Below, piece after piece: positions 12,101 to 26,800 of a stretch of DNA of 64,000 nucleotides. The notes under the pieces are model-generated. The model was not told where the DNA came from, searched no databases, and was given only the letters and a program-made list of their open reading frames with translations. This stretch comes from Botryllus schlosseri (lineage: Eukaryota), in the NCBI GenBank assembly GCA_051294905.1, contig CM119371.1:8062001-8126000 (forward strand). The letters run 5' to 3'. Within the stretch, counting starts at the first letter, position 1. Every line of letters starts with the position of its first letter. A program made the position numbers and the translations under genes.

Positions 12101-15100
12101 AACCTAAAGGCCTAAAATTATCAATTAAGGTTGCATTTAAAATAAAAAGCAATTTGAAGCAAACATGTATGAAACAGGTCCTTGTTTAAAACATGTTTGT
12201 TTTAGGCCAATACGTCCCGTATATTCATTTGGGACGTCGTTGTGGATTGACATTGACAATTGATAATATATAGGGTAAATATATGTACTATAACTGTTGA
12301 ACAGACTATTTTGAGGGTTCCAACGATCCCATATCGATGTACGTCGGCCAAATCGAGTGGTATTTGTCCGTAGGCTCATACAAAATGTTCTTTTGAAAGT
12401 ATTTACACAATTATGGCAGTATTTTACAACCTAAAAAACACAATTTAGGTTTTTTGAATGCCTTTGTTTGAAACACTGTTTAAAATATGTTTCAAACAGA
12501 GTGTTTAAACGACTATTTTTTTAAATGCTACCATACTATAAATTATGTATGCTTTCTTTCTTGAAGGGGTGACGTATGCATTTCAAAATCAAGCTATCTA
12601 GAGAGAATTTCAACTTACTTGAATCTCTCGAAAATACTCTATAAGTTGAGTTGATTTACGAAATACTCTTGAGTACTGTTCGTGCTCGTTCCCCACCCTA
12701 TTGGGAAATTTGGGGTGCAGCAGTCGTGGATCTGCCAAGAATGTAAACCGTTGGATGCGATAAATCGTCTTTATAAAAATGAGCAATTGGTACATTATGA
12801 CATGACAAGAAAACGACGCATCTTTTTAAAAGGAAGTCTGTTATCTCATCAGGCCTTTTCAGCGCAATCCATATATTGTCTTCCAATATAACTTCTAAGA
12901 TGAAAAATATATGTAATCGTGATTACTTTTCCAATGTAGTCGTAATCGTAATCGACTACTTCCTGATTTTGCTGTAATCGTAATCGTAATCGGTTACATT
13001 CATGAAGTAATCACCCCATGTCTGAACAGAATACGTTTACGATAATTGCTTTATCTGCGAAGTCGGACTGGGCACAATGATTGAAGTACTCGAATCTGAA
13101 TCGAGTATTAATTTTAATGATGCGAGTCGAGTGGTAGAGGACTATTTTTTCGAGGTCTGAAATTACACGCTCCTCGCAACTGGAAGTTAATTTATCAACG
13201 ATACTTAAATGTAGGATACTATTTCCACTGTGGTAGCCTCGAATCCTTGATCGTACGTATCGAGGCGTACAAAACATATTAAAATGCTTAGAACGTTGCT
13301 AGAAAGAGCACATAAACGAAGTCATCATCATCCCACAACATTATCACAAAGTGCAATGAAATCGGCATGGTCAAAAATATACCTTAAGGTCTTTAATGTG
13401 ATGAATAAGAGGCAATTTAATTTTTATGGTGGCATGAAAGTACTATTGGAACTTTGAAATATCACAGACTGTCATGACGTCATAACGAGAGGTACTAGAA
13501 TACTCGGCTTGAAGTACAATACGTGATTCAGAATCGAATCTTTCAGGTACTCCATTTTACCCAGCCGCAGTCGTCAGTAGTTCGGCGTTATCTAAAAGAT
13601 GCATCTTTCAATTCAGAAAGTATAATCACCTCCCATTTACTGCATACACTTTTTAAAACAACTATTTAGCACAGTTGAGGCCTTTCTAGTTCGAGTAGTT
13701 TTGACGTGTCTTAACTAACCGCCATCTCTACTTTCAGTAGCAATGCTGGCTATATAACCACCAATTCAAGTATGATAGTTCATAAGTATAGCTCTTGTCA
13801 ATACCACATGTTTTATCGGTTTATCGTAGTATCTGGACGCGTTCTTGTACCCTGATAACCACCCGTACAAATGCAGATAATGCTGACTTAAAACCTTCAT
13901 TCTAGAGAATTTTCCGAAGAAATCGAGCTGTGATCAGTCTGTATGCGAGTCCGTGATTACTGAGGCAGTTAGCGATGAAGGATCGTCGAAATCTCACGGT
14001 GTTGACCAAGTCGTGCCGGGACCCAACGGTATGATCTTCACAAGTATTATTACAAATATGGGATCATTATTCACGTCGGTACTTGATAACGGAAATGCGG
14101 GGTCAAAACAGTGCTATAATGTAAGTTTCCGTCCACATAGCCAGGTTGAAATTTGTGAAAGCCAAATTGATTTAAATGATATTGCCTTCGCAGATGAGTT
14201 GTTACGACGCGAAATGCAAAGTTGACGAAATGAGAAATTCGCGGAATTGAAAAAATATTTTTTGGTGTCATTCAGCAACGTGTTCTTGATATGTGTGAAC
14301 GAGAGAGGCATTGGAATCTTTTTGAAATGAATTTGACACCAATTGCGATGGAAGAAGTAAACTATATTGAAAGATAAACTCGACAGATTTGTTTGAGGTG
14401 TGACAGCGATTAAGACAGATTCGCATAATGTCAAATCGTCATAGTTCTGCTCTTCAGCGACGATAGCCTACTAGGCCACCATGTTTCCCGGCGACTGACA
14501 GGCCCCAACTTGCGGGTATAGCAGCGGTGATCTCTCGCGGTGGACGTTGATGTTAAATGATGATGATGATAAATTTTGTGATTTGTGAAAAGTGTCCTAT
14601 TTTCCGTATCGCAAGATATGGCGACCAGTGGTAGCTTATGGGGTGGGCGGTCGCATTTGTTAGGAAAGTCCCATATCTAGATAACCATCAAGTCTCTGCA
14701 TGCGGTAGAGGTACTTAGATTTGATGAAGTCTATCGTTGCAACCATGCAATAATAGATAGATACGACTTAATCCAGCTGTTCTGGCTCATTACTAATTTC
14801 AGCCGATATCTGTCTAGATTACTGTGGGGTCTATTTATTCTGCAGCAGTTGTATCGCTATTCTATAATTTCACGCTACAAGTCATACATCTTCAACATGA
14901 AGGCATTAGCTATATAGTTATCTGGCTCACTTCCGTTATAATTTGACAATGTATGATAAAAAAAGGCACTGGGGCTAGAACAATTCGATATTCCGGCCTG
15001 CTTCATAGTCATGTTATAGTGTCATGTAAACATCACTAAATCTCGTCCTATAGGGTGCAGCAATATAAAGTTTTCACCAATAGATGGAAAATGGGGGTCT

Positions 15101-18100
15101 GGGGGGCACATTCCTATAGGGATGCCCCGGAACTGTCACCCAGCCCCTCCCCCCAATCGCCAATCGTAGGGCCACCACTGATTGTCACCCCAAAATGAAC
15201 CAAATCTGTCGTCGCAGAAGGATCGTCTCCTATATGCGAGGAAGTTGATGGCTCCGAATTTTCGGAGACTCCAGGTGACCTCGAATCTGGACTGAAGAAA
15301 CCCGTCAGAAGCAAACCGGAAACGTCCCAGGAACGTGATATTGTCGCACCTAACGATGGCCATGGTAAGTGGTATTCGACAAGAGTAGCGTTATGAGCGT
15401 TGATAGTAAACATGATTTCAGCTTGAACAGCTATCGGAGAAGTGTAAGTATCCCAAGACCAGCAATACACGGTTGTGTTGCATTTATTCACTGAGGAGAT
15501 GTGGTCAGAAATGAACTACGTCCACCTTTTCGGTGCGCCATATAGGATTTTCACATTTGCGCTACTTTATTCAAGTGGTTATGCGTTCACAGTCGTTCTA
15601 CTTAATATAGTTTGGAGTTTCAGGCAACAACGAGTCAAAACTTTTAGCTATATTGTCCAGTGTTCTAATTTCATTTCTTGATCGAAAACTGTGAATTTCA
15701 TTTCTTGATCGAAAGCTGTGAATTGTATTGTTGATAAATGCTCCGCAGTGGATGCGCTGATATAAGGTAGGCTAATAAGAGAGTGACGGTGACTTGATAA
15801 ATGATAATAATAATTTTCAGTCATAATTCGCAACAATGGTAAACGTGATACATTCTAAACTATCTTTAAACTCCTATCCACGTTTTTCTATTAGGACATC
15901 AAAATGCATTTGGGATTCTACAAAGCTTATTGTGTTGGTCGCTGCGATCTGAGCAATGTGCAGCTTGGTGAAATAACCTTGCTGTTTAGTGAAGCTAGCA
16001 ATTATTCTGAAATTCTCCCTTCCTTGACTGACGTCACAAGACCGACTTGAATTAGACTCCTTGAACACGGCGACCAGCGCTCGACCCTGACTCAAGTACA
16101 CAAATCAAGTGCACCGAACCGTGTTTGGATTTCAGCTTTCGGCTTTCATTTTTGACATGCCTGTTCATCATTTACGGGCGATGATGACTCTTGGTAATCG
16201 CGAACACCGAGTTGTATTACGAATTAGGGATTCGGAAACGTATCACGTAACAATTTCAAGCACAGACCGTGTTGTGCGTAATGTGACAATGGCAACAAAG
16301 AGGGTTTCAACTAAAATATATGAAATAAGTGAATTCTTGGGACCTAAATTGTACCGGAATACTTTGCTGCATTGCCTTTATTTTGAATCTGGATTACGCA
16401 TGCTAGGTACATAGGCTACGTATTCTGGCATATTATTGAAAAGGCTGCAAAATTACCAAATTTACGGTTCATTTCATATTGATATACTGTATGCAGCAAC
16501 TTTAAAAACTAAGTTTTATGTTTTGAATTCCAAGCACCGTTTCGCGGGCCGCACTCCGCCCAGGTATGTACTGGAGTATAGCTTTTGTACTCTACTTCGA
16601 AATCACCGCTTTCTCTGAGTAAAAATTTACGACTTAACTTCTACTTCTACTTCAGTATCAACGACGACTATTTGACCACCTCGAGATTGGAACTCGTCAT
16701 GGAAGGTTTTCTCTAGACCGGACGTCGTCGACGTCTCGTTGAGGGCATTTTAAACTACAGTTTCGACACAAGTTTAGTGTAAAGTAAAATTAGTAACACC
16801 CTTTATTTGACATTATCACTTGACGCAAATTTGTTATTGGCCGTGTCCCCGGACATGTTCAGTCACCTGTTTACAACACATCCAAGTCCGCAGTTTTTAT
16901 GGACTCCTAAGGCTGTGTCACATATAGTCACTGGTGACTAGTTGAGATAAATGATCACAGGTAGCCAATGTTTCATGTCTGCCTACTGAACTAACCAAGG
17001 ACATTGTCATGCACGTAATCTTCTCTTGTGTTCGAAACTGTTTTCACGCCAATAAGTCCGCACAAATCAAGATATGTAGTCTGAATTTCTTGCGTTTCGA
17101 CGCGATCACTCTATGCCCAGATTCGACGACCACAAATCCAATTTCCACTAAACACACAACACTTCGAAAATCGATTGCTCTGCTCTCCCTGATCTTGTTG
17201 ATAATTCGTTTTTACCGAGCGAGGTAAATCGTGAGTGTCTGAAAGTATTGAACACTATTTAATGCAACATATTGTGAATATATTGAAGTCAAATTCAATA
17301 CGTTTAAGACACCCCAATGTAGCTCGTTCGCTGATGCAAAAATGCAACTCATTGTGAATATATTTGCTTGCTCCTACCGTAGAAATTCTGTCATTGATAT
17401 TCAACGATCGGTATCTGAATCACTTCAATATCGGCCAGTTAGCCTACGTGACGCCTAACTTTGCTGCGATAGCAAATGTCGGCTCTAAATCAAATACTAA
17501 ATATATTGATTTCACGGAATCGACTCCCACCTTATCGTGCATACACCTTCTGACTACCTCTTACCAAAGCGAAAACGTTTGAATAAGGCGATTAGCAAAC
17601 GCTAGCCAGCAAGCAGACCACGTAGGTTAGCGTGCCCGTACTCCTAAACGTATAACGGCTTTGAAATATACCTGCACCACGATGAAATGAGTTGAATATT
17701 GTTCGATCGCCGCCTGGTTGTATATGTGTCTCTTGCAAAACCATACATATAATTGATTTAGATTCATACTAATCTACAGGATAAATATCAACCTTTATTT
17801 CTGGGAGCCCCCATATGTGACACGCGGGCCATAGGTCTGGGAAGTTACTTGGGCGTAGAAAATTTTCAAATCGGAAAATAGGCCACGATAAAAAAGGTTC
17901 ACCCCTGGCCTAGATTAATCGAGATTGTATATTCGTATATAGTAGAGTAGTGATTTTGTGGAAGATACTATTAGTACTAGTAGCAGCAGCAGCAGCAGCA
18001 GCATCTTCCACAAATTACTACTCACCTTGGGGACCGGGGACCATCATGAAAACCGATGAAAATTATGAAACTCCAGATAATTCAATGATTTGCTCTTTCC

Positions 18101-19560
18101 GCAGATGGTTTTGGATTGTCTGGTGATGCACACGTGGAGAAGAATGACGTGACACTGAGGAAAAGAGGCTCGAAGGTTGAATATGTCGATGATCTGACCA
18201 CTGGGAATGGTAATCAGCATTACGTATTATAGTCCTGGATATTACGGTCGTCGCATTCGACTGCACCCGATAGATAGGCTGTAGAGACTAGTTACTGTAA
18301 GTGCATAGATTACGGGATTGGATATCCACACTGTAAGTGCATAGATTACGGGATTGGATATCCACGTCTTTTTGGGTTAGCACTAGGACCATAATCAACG
18401 TAGGCGACTAATTAACGTCAATAAATCTCGAAACAGTTATTAATCTACGTGTCCTTCTTTGAGCTTTGTATTGGCAGAATACAAAGAGTTTGATGTATTT
18501 TACAGTCCCAATTCGGATCGTTCAAATCCAGCTTGACCCGTCTTTACTGTAAGGTCGGGGTCAAATTTGACCCCCACCGAAAAAATATGTGAGCCATTTT
18601 TGAATGATAGTATTGTTCTTGTTATCCATGTTGTCTTTCGTACGGACGGTGCGAACCAGAGATGGTCAGTAACGAAGTACTGCTACTTTTTGAAGTACTT
18701 GAAGTAGAACTTTTTAAGTGGTTGTGAATTTAGACTACTTCTACTTCTACTTGACAGTTTTCAGTTTTGTAGGCAAAAATAAGCGTAGATACCTACTTAG
18801 AGCGTAGATACTTACTTGCTTGTGAACCACCACTCGTACTTCTACTTGAGTAGAAATTCCGGCGTTACTTCTACTTCTACTTGGGTAGCGACAGTGACTA
18901 CTTTGACCACCTCAGTAAGGCGCGCTGTGGGGTTCGAAAAGAATATAGTTCATCCTTATGTCATAAAAGTTGTGACTTTGAGAGCTGTTCAGCAGAATTA
19001 GGGTTCCTTTGTGTAGGGAGGCCTACCACCCCAAAAAGGGGGGGTGCTGGCGACAAGGTTAAAGAAACACTGAAGTAGGGCGAGTTTGCAAAATATAATT
19101 AGGTACTAGGGGATAGTATTTGGTACTTATTACTGACCACCTCAGGTATAAGTACTTCTTACTGGCCACCTCTGTGGTTAACACACCTACCGTCCACGTA
19201 TTTACAGCGCGGAGGAGACAATTGTAAATAATCGTCCTATTTCAACAGTGTATAGACGAGTCGTTATTCTAAATGTCGTTCTTTACCTTGGATCCGCTGA
19301 CCGTGAATATCGTTTTAGGAGGCGATATTCCGGAACCTATTCCGATCAATGCGAGAGTTAAGGATTGCATGGAATCATGTATAAAGTTCTTGACACGTCC
19401 GGGAGGTATTGTGCTGACGATTGTCGTGATCTTGGCGTTTTCCTGGTTGGTATTTAAGATCATACGTATCATACATTTCATGCAAAACAACGACTCTGCT
19501 GTTTCCAATGACACCGTCAACGTAACGAGCTTCCAGAACCAAACTCAGGAAAGTGGTTAA
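9126..19560 (+). CDS. Orphan gene, paralog A: ~284-aa acidic protein with a single C-terminal TM helix (type II / tail-anchored-like)
   Basis: Exons 9126-9228, 10293-10427, 13906-14028, 15218-15364, 18105-18209, 19319-19560; all GT-AG, all phase 1, 855 nt open. MSNSPKKQSD...LRKRGSKVEY...GGIVLTIVVILAFSWLVFKII...NDS.NDT.NVT.NQT.ESG*. Exons are conserved in paralog B with only in-frame length changes. A 64-nt upstream intron lies at 9016-9079. Confidence 0.82.
10674..13024. mobile_element. Non-autonomous hAT-like element (2.35 kb) in intron 2 of paralog A
   Basis: TIR CAGACATGGG...CCCATGTCTG, perfect TSD aacagaat, (GTAATC)n subterminal repeats; empty site in copy 2 at ~25294. Confidence 0.92.
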
Positions 19561-20129
19561 TACCGTTTTCGCGGCCACGATCCGTTGTACTGCAACACAA
19601 TTCTATCAGTCGTCTGTGTTGATGTGTGTTCTTACCTAGTGGGAACTTTTGCGTCGTGTACTTGTCAATTGGTAAATTGTGCCCGCGCCGTCAGTAACAA
19701 TGTGCCGGGTGTATTGATGTTGTTAATAACAATGCGCTGAAAAATTGGGTGTTTATTACGTTTACATTTGCGTTGGAACGAAAGCGTAACGTTCATTTCT
19801 AATGAAATATGAACCTGGAAATCTTGCTGATCGTACAATGAATACGTGGTTGACAATCGCGCTTTACTTGCCGCATGATCTGATTTCGATTGAAGTGGAA
19901 GCCCGTTTTTTGGAGTCGCATACTGGCCAAACCATCACAGATCTTGGTATGTGCCACCCGGACAAGGTCAGCGCCAAAACGCCGATGATGGACTGGAGTT
20001 TGCGCAACCATACGCTAAAGCCTCCCAGTGGCCTCGGGCAATACTCTCATAATTTCGAATGCAGTTAAGCTGATGTAAAATTTTACGTAGTTTGTCCGAG
20101 AGTGCGTTTACCCCTTAGGGGTGAGAGAC

Positions 20130-21345
20130 TCAGATGGAATGCGTATCATATAATTATGGAGAATGAGTTTAAGCCCTATATATATATTTATGTAGCGAAA
20201 CAATAATTGAAGAATTACAACACAACAGCGTCACAAGTAAATTCTACAAACACATTGCAAGCCCATATGAGCTGAGGAAAGGAATGTGGAATATGAATTT
20301 GGTCACAGAAACCAATGGAAAGAACTTACGAGATAAATTGTACTACCGGATGAGACAAAGCCGAAATTATATATAGTGAGTGAATATGGTTTCGAAACGG
20401 TTATCAACCAGACTAGAGTCTTCAGAAGAAATATACAAACTGGCACAATGGTTTCACTAACATCGGGGTGTAACAATTAAGGAAGGAAAACATGCCCTAC
20501 CATATCAAAGTTGATGGGTATGGATGCCTTATCAGCACAGCTGAAGACGCTTATCAAAAGCGATGCTACAACTGCAATATGACGGAGAATATTGTGAGGG
20601 AATGCCCGATTAAAAAAATTGGAATGCACGATTAGCGGGGGGCTGGGTCATCGTGCAGAAGGGTGCAGGTCCAAAATTTAACGAGGTAAACTCGGGCATA
20701 TGACCGAGCCTGAAAATACTGAAATAGCCATCAATGAAACAGTAAATAAGGAGCAGGATGTTAACTCCACCGAACCTCAAAATAGCGATGGGAAAACAAC
20801 TTAAAAGACGACTCTAAACAAACCAACAACAGAGAAACCGGTTGACCCGAAAACAATCCGGAATGACGACAAGAAGAGGAAAGAAACAAGACCGATGAGC
20901 CAGGCAACTATTAAAGCATACTCCTCAACCGACGCCCCATTCGAACATGTAGACACAACACGGGAAGTAACCGAGCTAGCACAAGCCGTGTTGGAAAACT
21001 ACAATACTGACAAACAAAGAGAAACACAGACTTCCTAAAAACCAGTCATAAAAAGCCATCGGATATTAAATCTCATAAACAGACAAACAGGAGTGAGGAG
21101 ACGGTGAAACATCGACACAGCGAAGGAGTTACTACCAGAAGAAATGCAAGCAGCCAAGCGAAAAAGCCAAATAATAATAAGACAAACCCAACAATTCTCC
21201 TGACAGAGCCGATGACGAATCTATTGAAACTAGCGTCGATTAATCTAAGTGGACTATCAAATAGGCAACAAGATCTGGAACAATATATACAAACATAGAA
21301 TTTTGATATAATACTGATTCAGGAACCGCATGAAATTGAAAAGGT
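20130..21345 (+). mobile_element. Decayed non-LTR retrotransposon (Tx1/L1-like): ORF1 zinc knuckles plus start of ORF2 endonuclease
   Basis: Remnants RCYNCNMTENIVRECP and CTISGGLGHRAEGC (degenerate CCHC knuckles, ~20560-20667); from 21212 MTNLLKLASINLSGL...FDIILIQEPH is an APE endonuclease N-terminus; stops and frameshifts present. Confidence 0.78.
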
Positions 21346-21824
21346 GGAGATTAGGGCTGTTCAAAAATAACTTTTTTCCCCGGATTCTAGCCATTCACTG
21401 ATTAAATTGTTAGGTTACCCTAAAAAACGCTGCACACCAAATTTGGTTCAATTCTTAAAAGTATAGGACTCCGCAGATCCAATTAAAATTTTTAATTTAT
21501 TAGAGTAAATTAAAAAAAAAATTCAAATTTTTCTGTCAACCACATGAAATTGTTGAGCTGTCTTCAAAGACGATGCGAAACAAAATTGAGTCAATTACGA
21601 CCAGTAAAAGCGGAGTTATGTGAGTTTTTCAGTGATAATCCTCGGATTATCCTTAATCGTTGGACGTGAATTTATTCTCGGTAAATGTCATTCATCCGGA
21701 ATATATTTTATTCAAAACTACTTGAGAAGTTTTTCGCAATCTCGGATTCTGCGCGACAGCAAGAGGGTATTCGAGAGTATAAATTAACGGCAGCACTGCC
21801 GAGGAAAGAACCCAAGCTCTTCGT

Positions 21825-22983
21825 AGGTTTAAGTAAAATAAATCTATCTTGTTCGAATAATTTTTATGAAATAATATTTCACTTCTGAAATCTCTTTTTT
21901 ATTATGAAAGTTCTCATTTATTTTGTGCTCTTGGAAGACAGACTATCTAGCATACTATTCAGCACAACTTCTGTACGAAATTATAGTTTCAAATTGATTG
22001 TCACGCATGATTGGAGATGAGTATGTTTTCCGGTACCTTGCCCGTGTCCCGTATGTAATGATGACATGCGGGGTTCTCAATTCGTAACCCACAACAAAAT
22101 CGCCAACGAAAGCAAGTCAAATGCACACCAAGTACAGGTAATTTACAGCTTCGTAATTCGTGTGGTGTGATACGACCAATCGAGACTTCAAGGCTTTCAC
22201 AGTGGAAAATCCTTTGAAAACTGTAAGTTTCCGTTGATAAATTAGGACAAACTCTTACTGGCACTGAGCGTATCATTTCATTCCTCGATAAAATCATCTA
22301 CACATCTTGTCGATTCAAATCAACCGAATTGAAAATCGATTCAGATTCGACTATGCGAATCATTATTCCCAGCCTTGAGTATTAGACTATTAGTCATATT
22401 CGTGAATCAGAGTTGTTGCTTGAAAACTGCGATGTGAGATGGAATATTATAGTCTGGTCGAATCAGTCACTGCGCATCATTCTCGCATTGAATTTGGTTC
22501 GGTAATAAAATAGGAATTCTGCTCCCAAGTTTTAAGCTTAATTTGCATGTTCTTCAGACAAATAATCCAATATTATATAACGTATTGTGAGGTTAAGCGC
22601 GAAGCACTAAACATAATAATTCTTTGTTGGACGAGAGGAAAATACTTGAAATTTCATTTTGTATGTCTCGGATTCAAGGGTTTTTCGTTATCCATTTTGG
22701 TCAGAAAGCTCCGAAATATGTCTACTGTAAATATGGCTCTCACTCTTAAGAATGTCATAAGACCAGGAATCCAGATTTCGATAGGCAGCGTGTTGCAGTA
22801 TACAATAGGCTACCTGTAGTTCGAAACATTTTGTTTGGTTGTGAGTCCTATCTAGTTTGATGGAACAGGGGTAGGCCTAATGGATATTTTGAAATCTTGA
22901 AGTACGTGCATGTAGCGTAAAAAACACATTTTTTACATGAAATATAGTAACCACTGCATTCGTCGAAATATTACAAATAACCT
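21825..22983. mobile_element. Copy-2-specific insertion with short imperfect TIRs and 3-bp TSD (PIF/Harbinger-like, non-autonomous)
   Basis: Absent from copy 1 at ~8355; termini AGGTT...AACCT flanked by CGT on both sides. Confidence 0.55.
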
Positions 22984-23822
22984 CGTCACGATGAAACTGT
23001 GGATATTACATGAATATTGTTCAAATTAAATTTGCCACGACATTTGAGGGATATATAAACCTACATACGACATTTGAGGGATATATAAACCTACATAGAA
23101 CTCTGTATTGCTATGGGAACCACCACACCATCTATTTCCATACTGTTACGCAAACTTTCATCGTTGGCCCCATAGGTTCTCAACTTCATCCACCACTGAG
23201 TGTTCCTGTCTTATTGATTGCCAATTCACCACCACGGGGAGCTGGTGACAAGCCTCAGGACCCCCGGCAAGGACATGCGGGGCAATTATAGTCCTTTATG
23301 GCAGAGTCGATATCGCGTAACATTGGTAGTAATAAGCGGTGTCATTATTTTCATCCTCTCAAACATATCACTGGCTTTGCGAAGAGAGACATTCGTTCAC
23401 TGCATTCTCACCGACATTGGCAGCTTCTCATATTCGTAAAAGATTGGTAATGTAAGCGTCGCCGTGCATACGTCAGTTTGACATATACTCCGATGCTAAC
23501 TAAAGTAACGCAAACTCGTGAATGGTGCTGAGACAAAAATGTCTAGTCCAATATAATTCAGTAGCGCCAGTAACTAGAGACAACTGCCTAACGCAGGACT
23601 CAGTGGTTAATTGCACGCCGTTTCGTGATTACCTTTATCCGATCGACTGTCTATTTATTTCTATACATGCTGAGCAAGTGTTACAGACTTGTAGGTTTTT
23701 TTTAAGGTAGGTTGGTGCTGCGACTGTTGTTGTTCGTTGACACTTGTCACATCTTTGCGTGTTCTTGCAGTTTTATTACGTTAATTCTGTTCTACAAGAC
23801 TGCTCTGACCGAAGCAAAAGAG

Positions 23823-26800
23823 ATGTCAAACAGCCCCAAGAAACAATCTGATAGCGAGCTTGTTCAGGTGACTACGGGTCAAGGCTCCTCTGAGCCTCGC
23901 ATCGATTCCAACGGCGCCGATGACGGTAAGGTTACTGATAGATTTCAGATCTGTAAGAATATTGATTATTGATGCTGTAGGCCTATTTGAACGTGGACTT
24001 CTTGTTCTACGTTTTATGATATATATTTTATGAATATTATATCTCCTGACCCACGTGCACTGATGTAGCGTCACCTTGAGATACTTTAAAATATGGGGAT
24101 CTTTGGTTTCCAAAAGTAGAATCGACTGAGTACATGCTTTCGCGAGTCACTCGACTTAACGTCGGAAATTAGATTACAAACACTGACTTAATGTGCTTCA
24201 ACTCCCTGAAGTAGGCTACATCGGCCGTTCAATTATAATTACATCAGAATGAGATTAATGCGCTGCGTGTAGTTCGACCGCCGTCATCTCGTGTGTCGCT
24301 ATTGAAAAATCCTACATAATATTACAGTGTATTTTGGTTCATGATAATCGTGTTACTTTATAATTGTAGACTTGTATTTCCGTGAGCCGTATGTTCCCGA
24401 CCTTTGCTTTAGTGCTAGTCTATGAGGTGTCGAATGGAATATTTTCCGGTCGGAAAATGGGCAACGACCAAGACGAGCTTAACCACTGACCTAGGTTAAT
24501 CGAGATATGATATTCACGTCTTGTAAAGTACTAATTTGGTGAAAGATGCTTACGCAAGATTCAACGCATTAATTCGTTGTACCATCCAGTTACGTAGTAG
24601 GTGCCAACAGAGAATCGTATCGTTTCGAAATCTATGGATGAAATCTGATTCTGCTGTTTATCAATACCTCGTATACTCTTGCACCACTATGTATTATGCT
24701 CGCATTTCACTAAAAGGGATTTCGAATAGTTTGCTTGGTTGTGATGTGAATCTCGCAAAATGATAACATAGTTGTAGGTTGCCACGTAACTCTTGGCCGC
24801 CGTAAACACGGCGTGTTCATTGCCGTGTCGCACATCAAAAGTCGGCCAAATATTCGGCCAAATTTGTTCATTCGTGACAGTACGCTAAGTTTCCATCCCT
24901 TGCATAATCATGTCTTCGCAATTGATAATTCCCACTATTTTGAAGAGAATGTATTGCATGAGCAGCTGAAAGGCGAATCCGACGTGGAAGTCGTTCGTCC
25001 ACCCGTTGAAAATGTAATGGGTCTCGGATCCGGGCCGCCGGCCGTCGTTTGCGAAGTACCGACTGCACCGAATGAGACAGGTAATGCCAGAAGAGATCAC
25101 TTACAAAGTACTGCTACCTCATCAGAGTACTGAAGCAGGTTTCGCATACTTGCAGTAATTCAGTTATTATAGCTAAAATATGGTTTTGGCTTCATGACTT
25201 TGCTCCTGTATACTAGAAAGTAGTTCTATGATTTGTTTGCATCACTTTTGTGAATGAGTGAAATTAATATATCTACTGTACAAAATATCAAGTAACAGAA
25301 TGCGTTTTTGATAATTGCTTTATATGCGGAATAGGGCTGGGAACAATGATTGGAGTACTCGAATCTGAATTGAGTATCAATTTTAATGATTCGAGTCGAG
25401 TAAAATATGATTTTTCGAGTACTGAAAATAAATGCTCCTCGTAAAGTTAATTTATCAACGTGAATAAAATTTAGGATACTATTCTCTACTGAGGTAGCCT
25501 TGGAACCTTGATTGTCTGTTGCGCAGCATACAAAACATAGTAAAACGCTAAGAATGTTGCTAGAAAGAGCGCATTTACTAAGTCATCATCATCCCACAAC
25601 ATTATCACAAAGTGCAATGAAATCGGTATGGTCGAAAAATATATCTATGTGTCTTTAATGTGATGAATAGCGGGCATTCTATTCTTTGTGGTGGCGTAAA
25701 AGGTACATGTTCACACTTTGACATACCACATTCTCTTATGACGTCATAATGACTGATACTCGACTACTTGACTCGACTCGAAGCACAATACGTGATTCAG
25801 AATTGAATCCCTCGGGTACTCGATTTGCTCAGCCGTAGTAGTAGGTAGTTTGGCGTTATAAAGAAGATGCATCTTCCAATTCAGAAAGTATAATCATTGT
25901 TGGGATCAAGTCACTACCTTCGAGTCACGAGTCATTTCGAGACATTGCAAATTTTGACTGGAGTCGAGTCAAGTCAATCGATTTTCGAAGGTAACTCGAT
26001 TCAAATCAATCGGTTTTTGAAGGTGACTCGAGTCGAGTCAAGTCAAGTCAAGTCACGAGTCGAGTCACAATTCAAGTCAAGTTACCTTTTCTAAGTCTTG
26101 AGGAATGATTATGTCATTGCATTTTGCTAGCTGTCTAAAATACAAGTTGAGTGGTCATTGATTTTGAACCGATAAGCGAATATAGAGTTTATTATACATG
26201 TGAGAAGGCGCTGTATCGCTCACATATACCTAGAACTGCGAAGCTATGTAAGTAATTGCATAGCCTCGTCAGTTTATAGCTACCAGCCAAAATAGAGACT
26301 AGAGAAACGAATTGAAAAGTTGCAATACATAACTCATTTACGATCTGATGATGATGCTATTCGAGCCTGTGTCGATGGTTGAGGACTATAAAAACTATAC
26401 TTGAATTCAATTTCAATGTGTCAAGGTAAGTACAGGGAACAGAAACAGATTTTGCTATATAATTACTATACTAGTTTACGACAACGTAAGCTGTAAGCCG
26501 CGATCACTTCATCTGCGGTAAATTTATTTATGAGAGATCAATGGAGGCTCAATAAAGCGTACGATCATCGAATGATTGGTTACTCTCACGGGTTACACCT
26601 GCGTTTCGCGAAAAATCCGAACATATGCAAGAGTCAGTGATTTTTATCGACACCGATTACTTGATGACTTGAAATTACTTGATGACTTGAAATTGACTCG
26701 TGAATTTTGCTCCGAGTCACGAGTCGATCCGAATTTCTGATACGCTGAGTGAAGTCAAGTCAAGTCATGTTGGGAAAGTGACTCGAGTCAGGTTCAAGGT

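Larger units (their letters stand above)
8140..20108. repeat. Segmental duplication copy 1 (direct repeat of ~21660-35790)
   Basis: Colinear homology throughout, e.g. 8261/21727, 8361/22989, 9126/23823, 16234/29590, 18105/31062, 19321/34971, ~20100/~35783. Ends approximate. Confidence 0.93.

Noticed and set aside
16109..16414. ORF conserved with 29589-29771 (ETYHV...RMLGT)
   Set aside because: The similarity is explained by the segmental duplication; non-ATG start, no convincing splice sites, lies in an intron.
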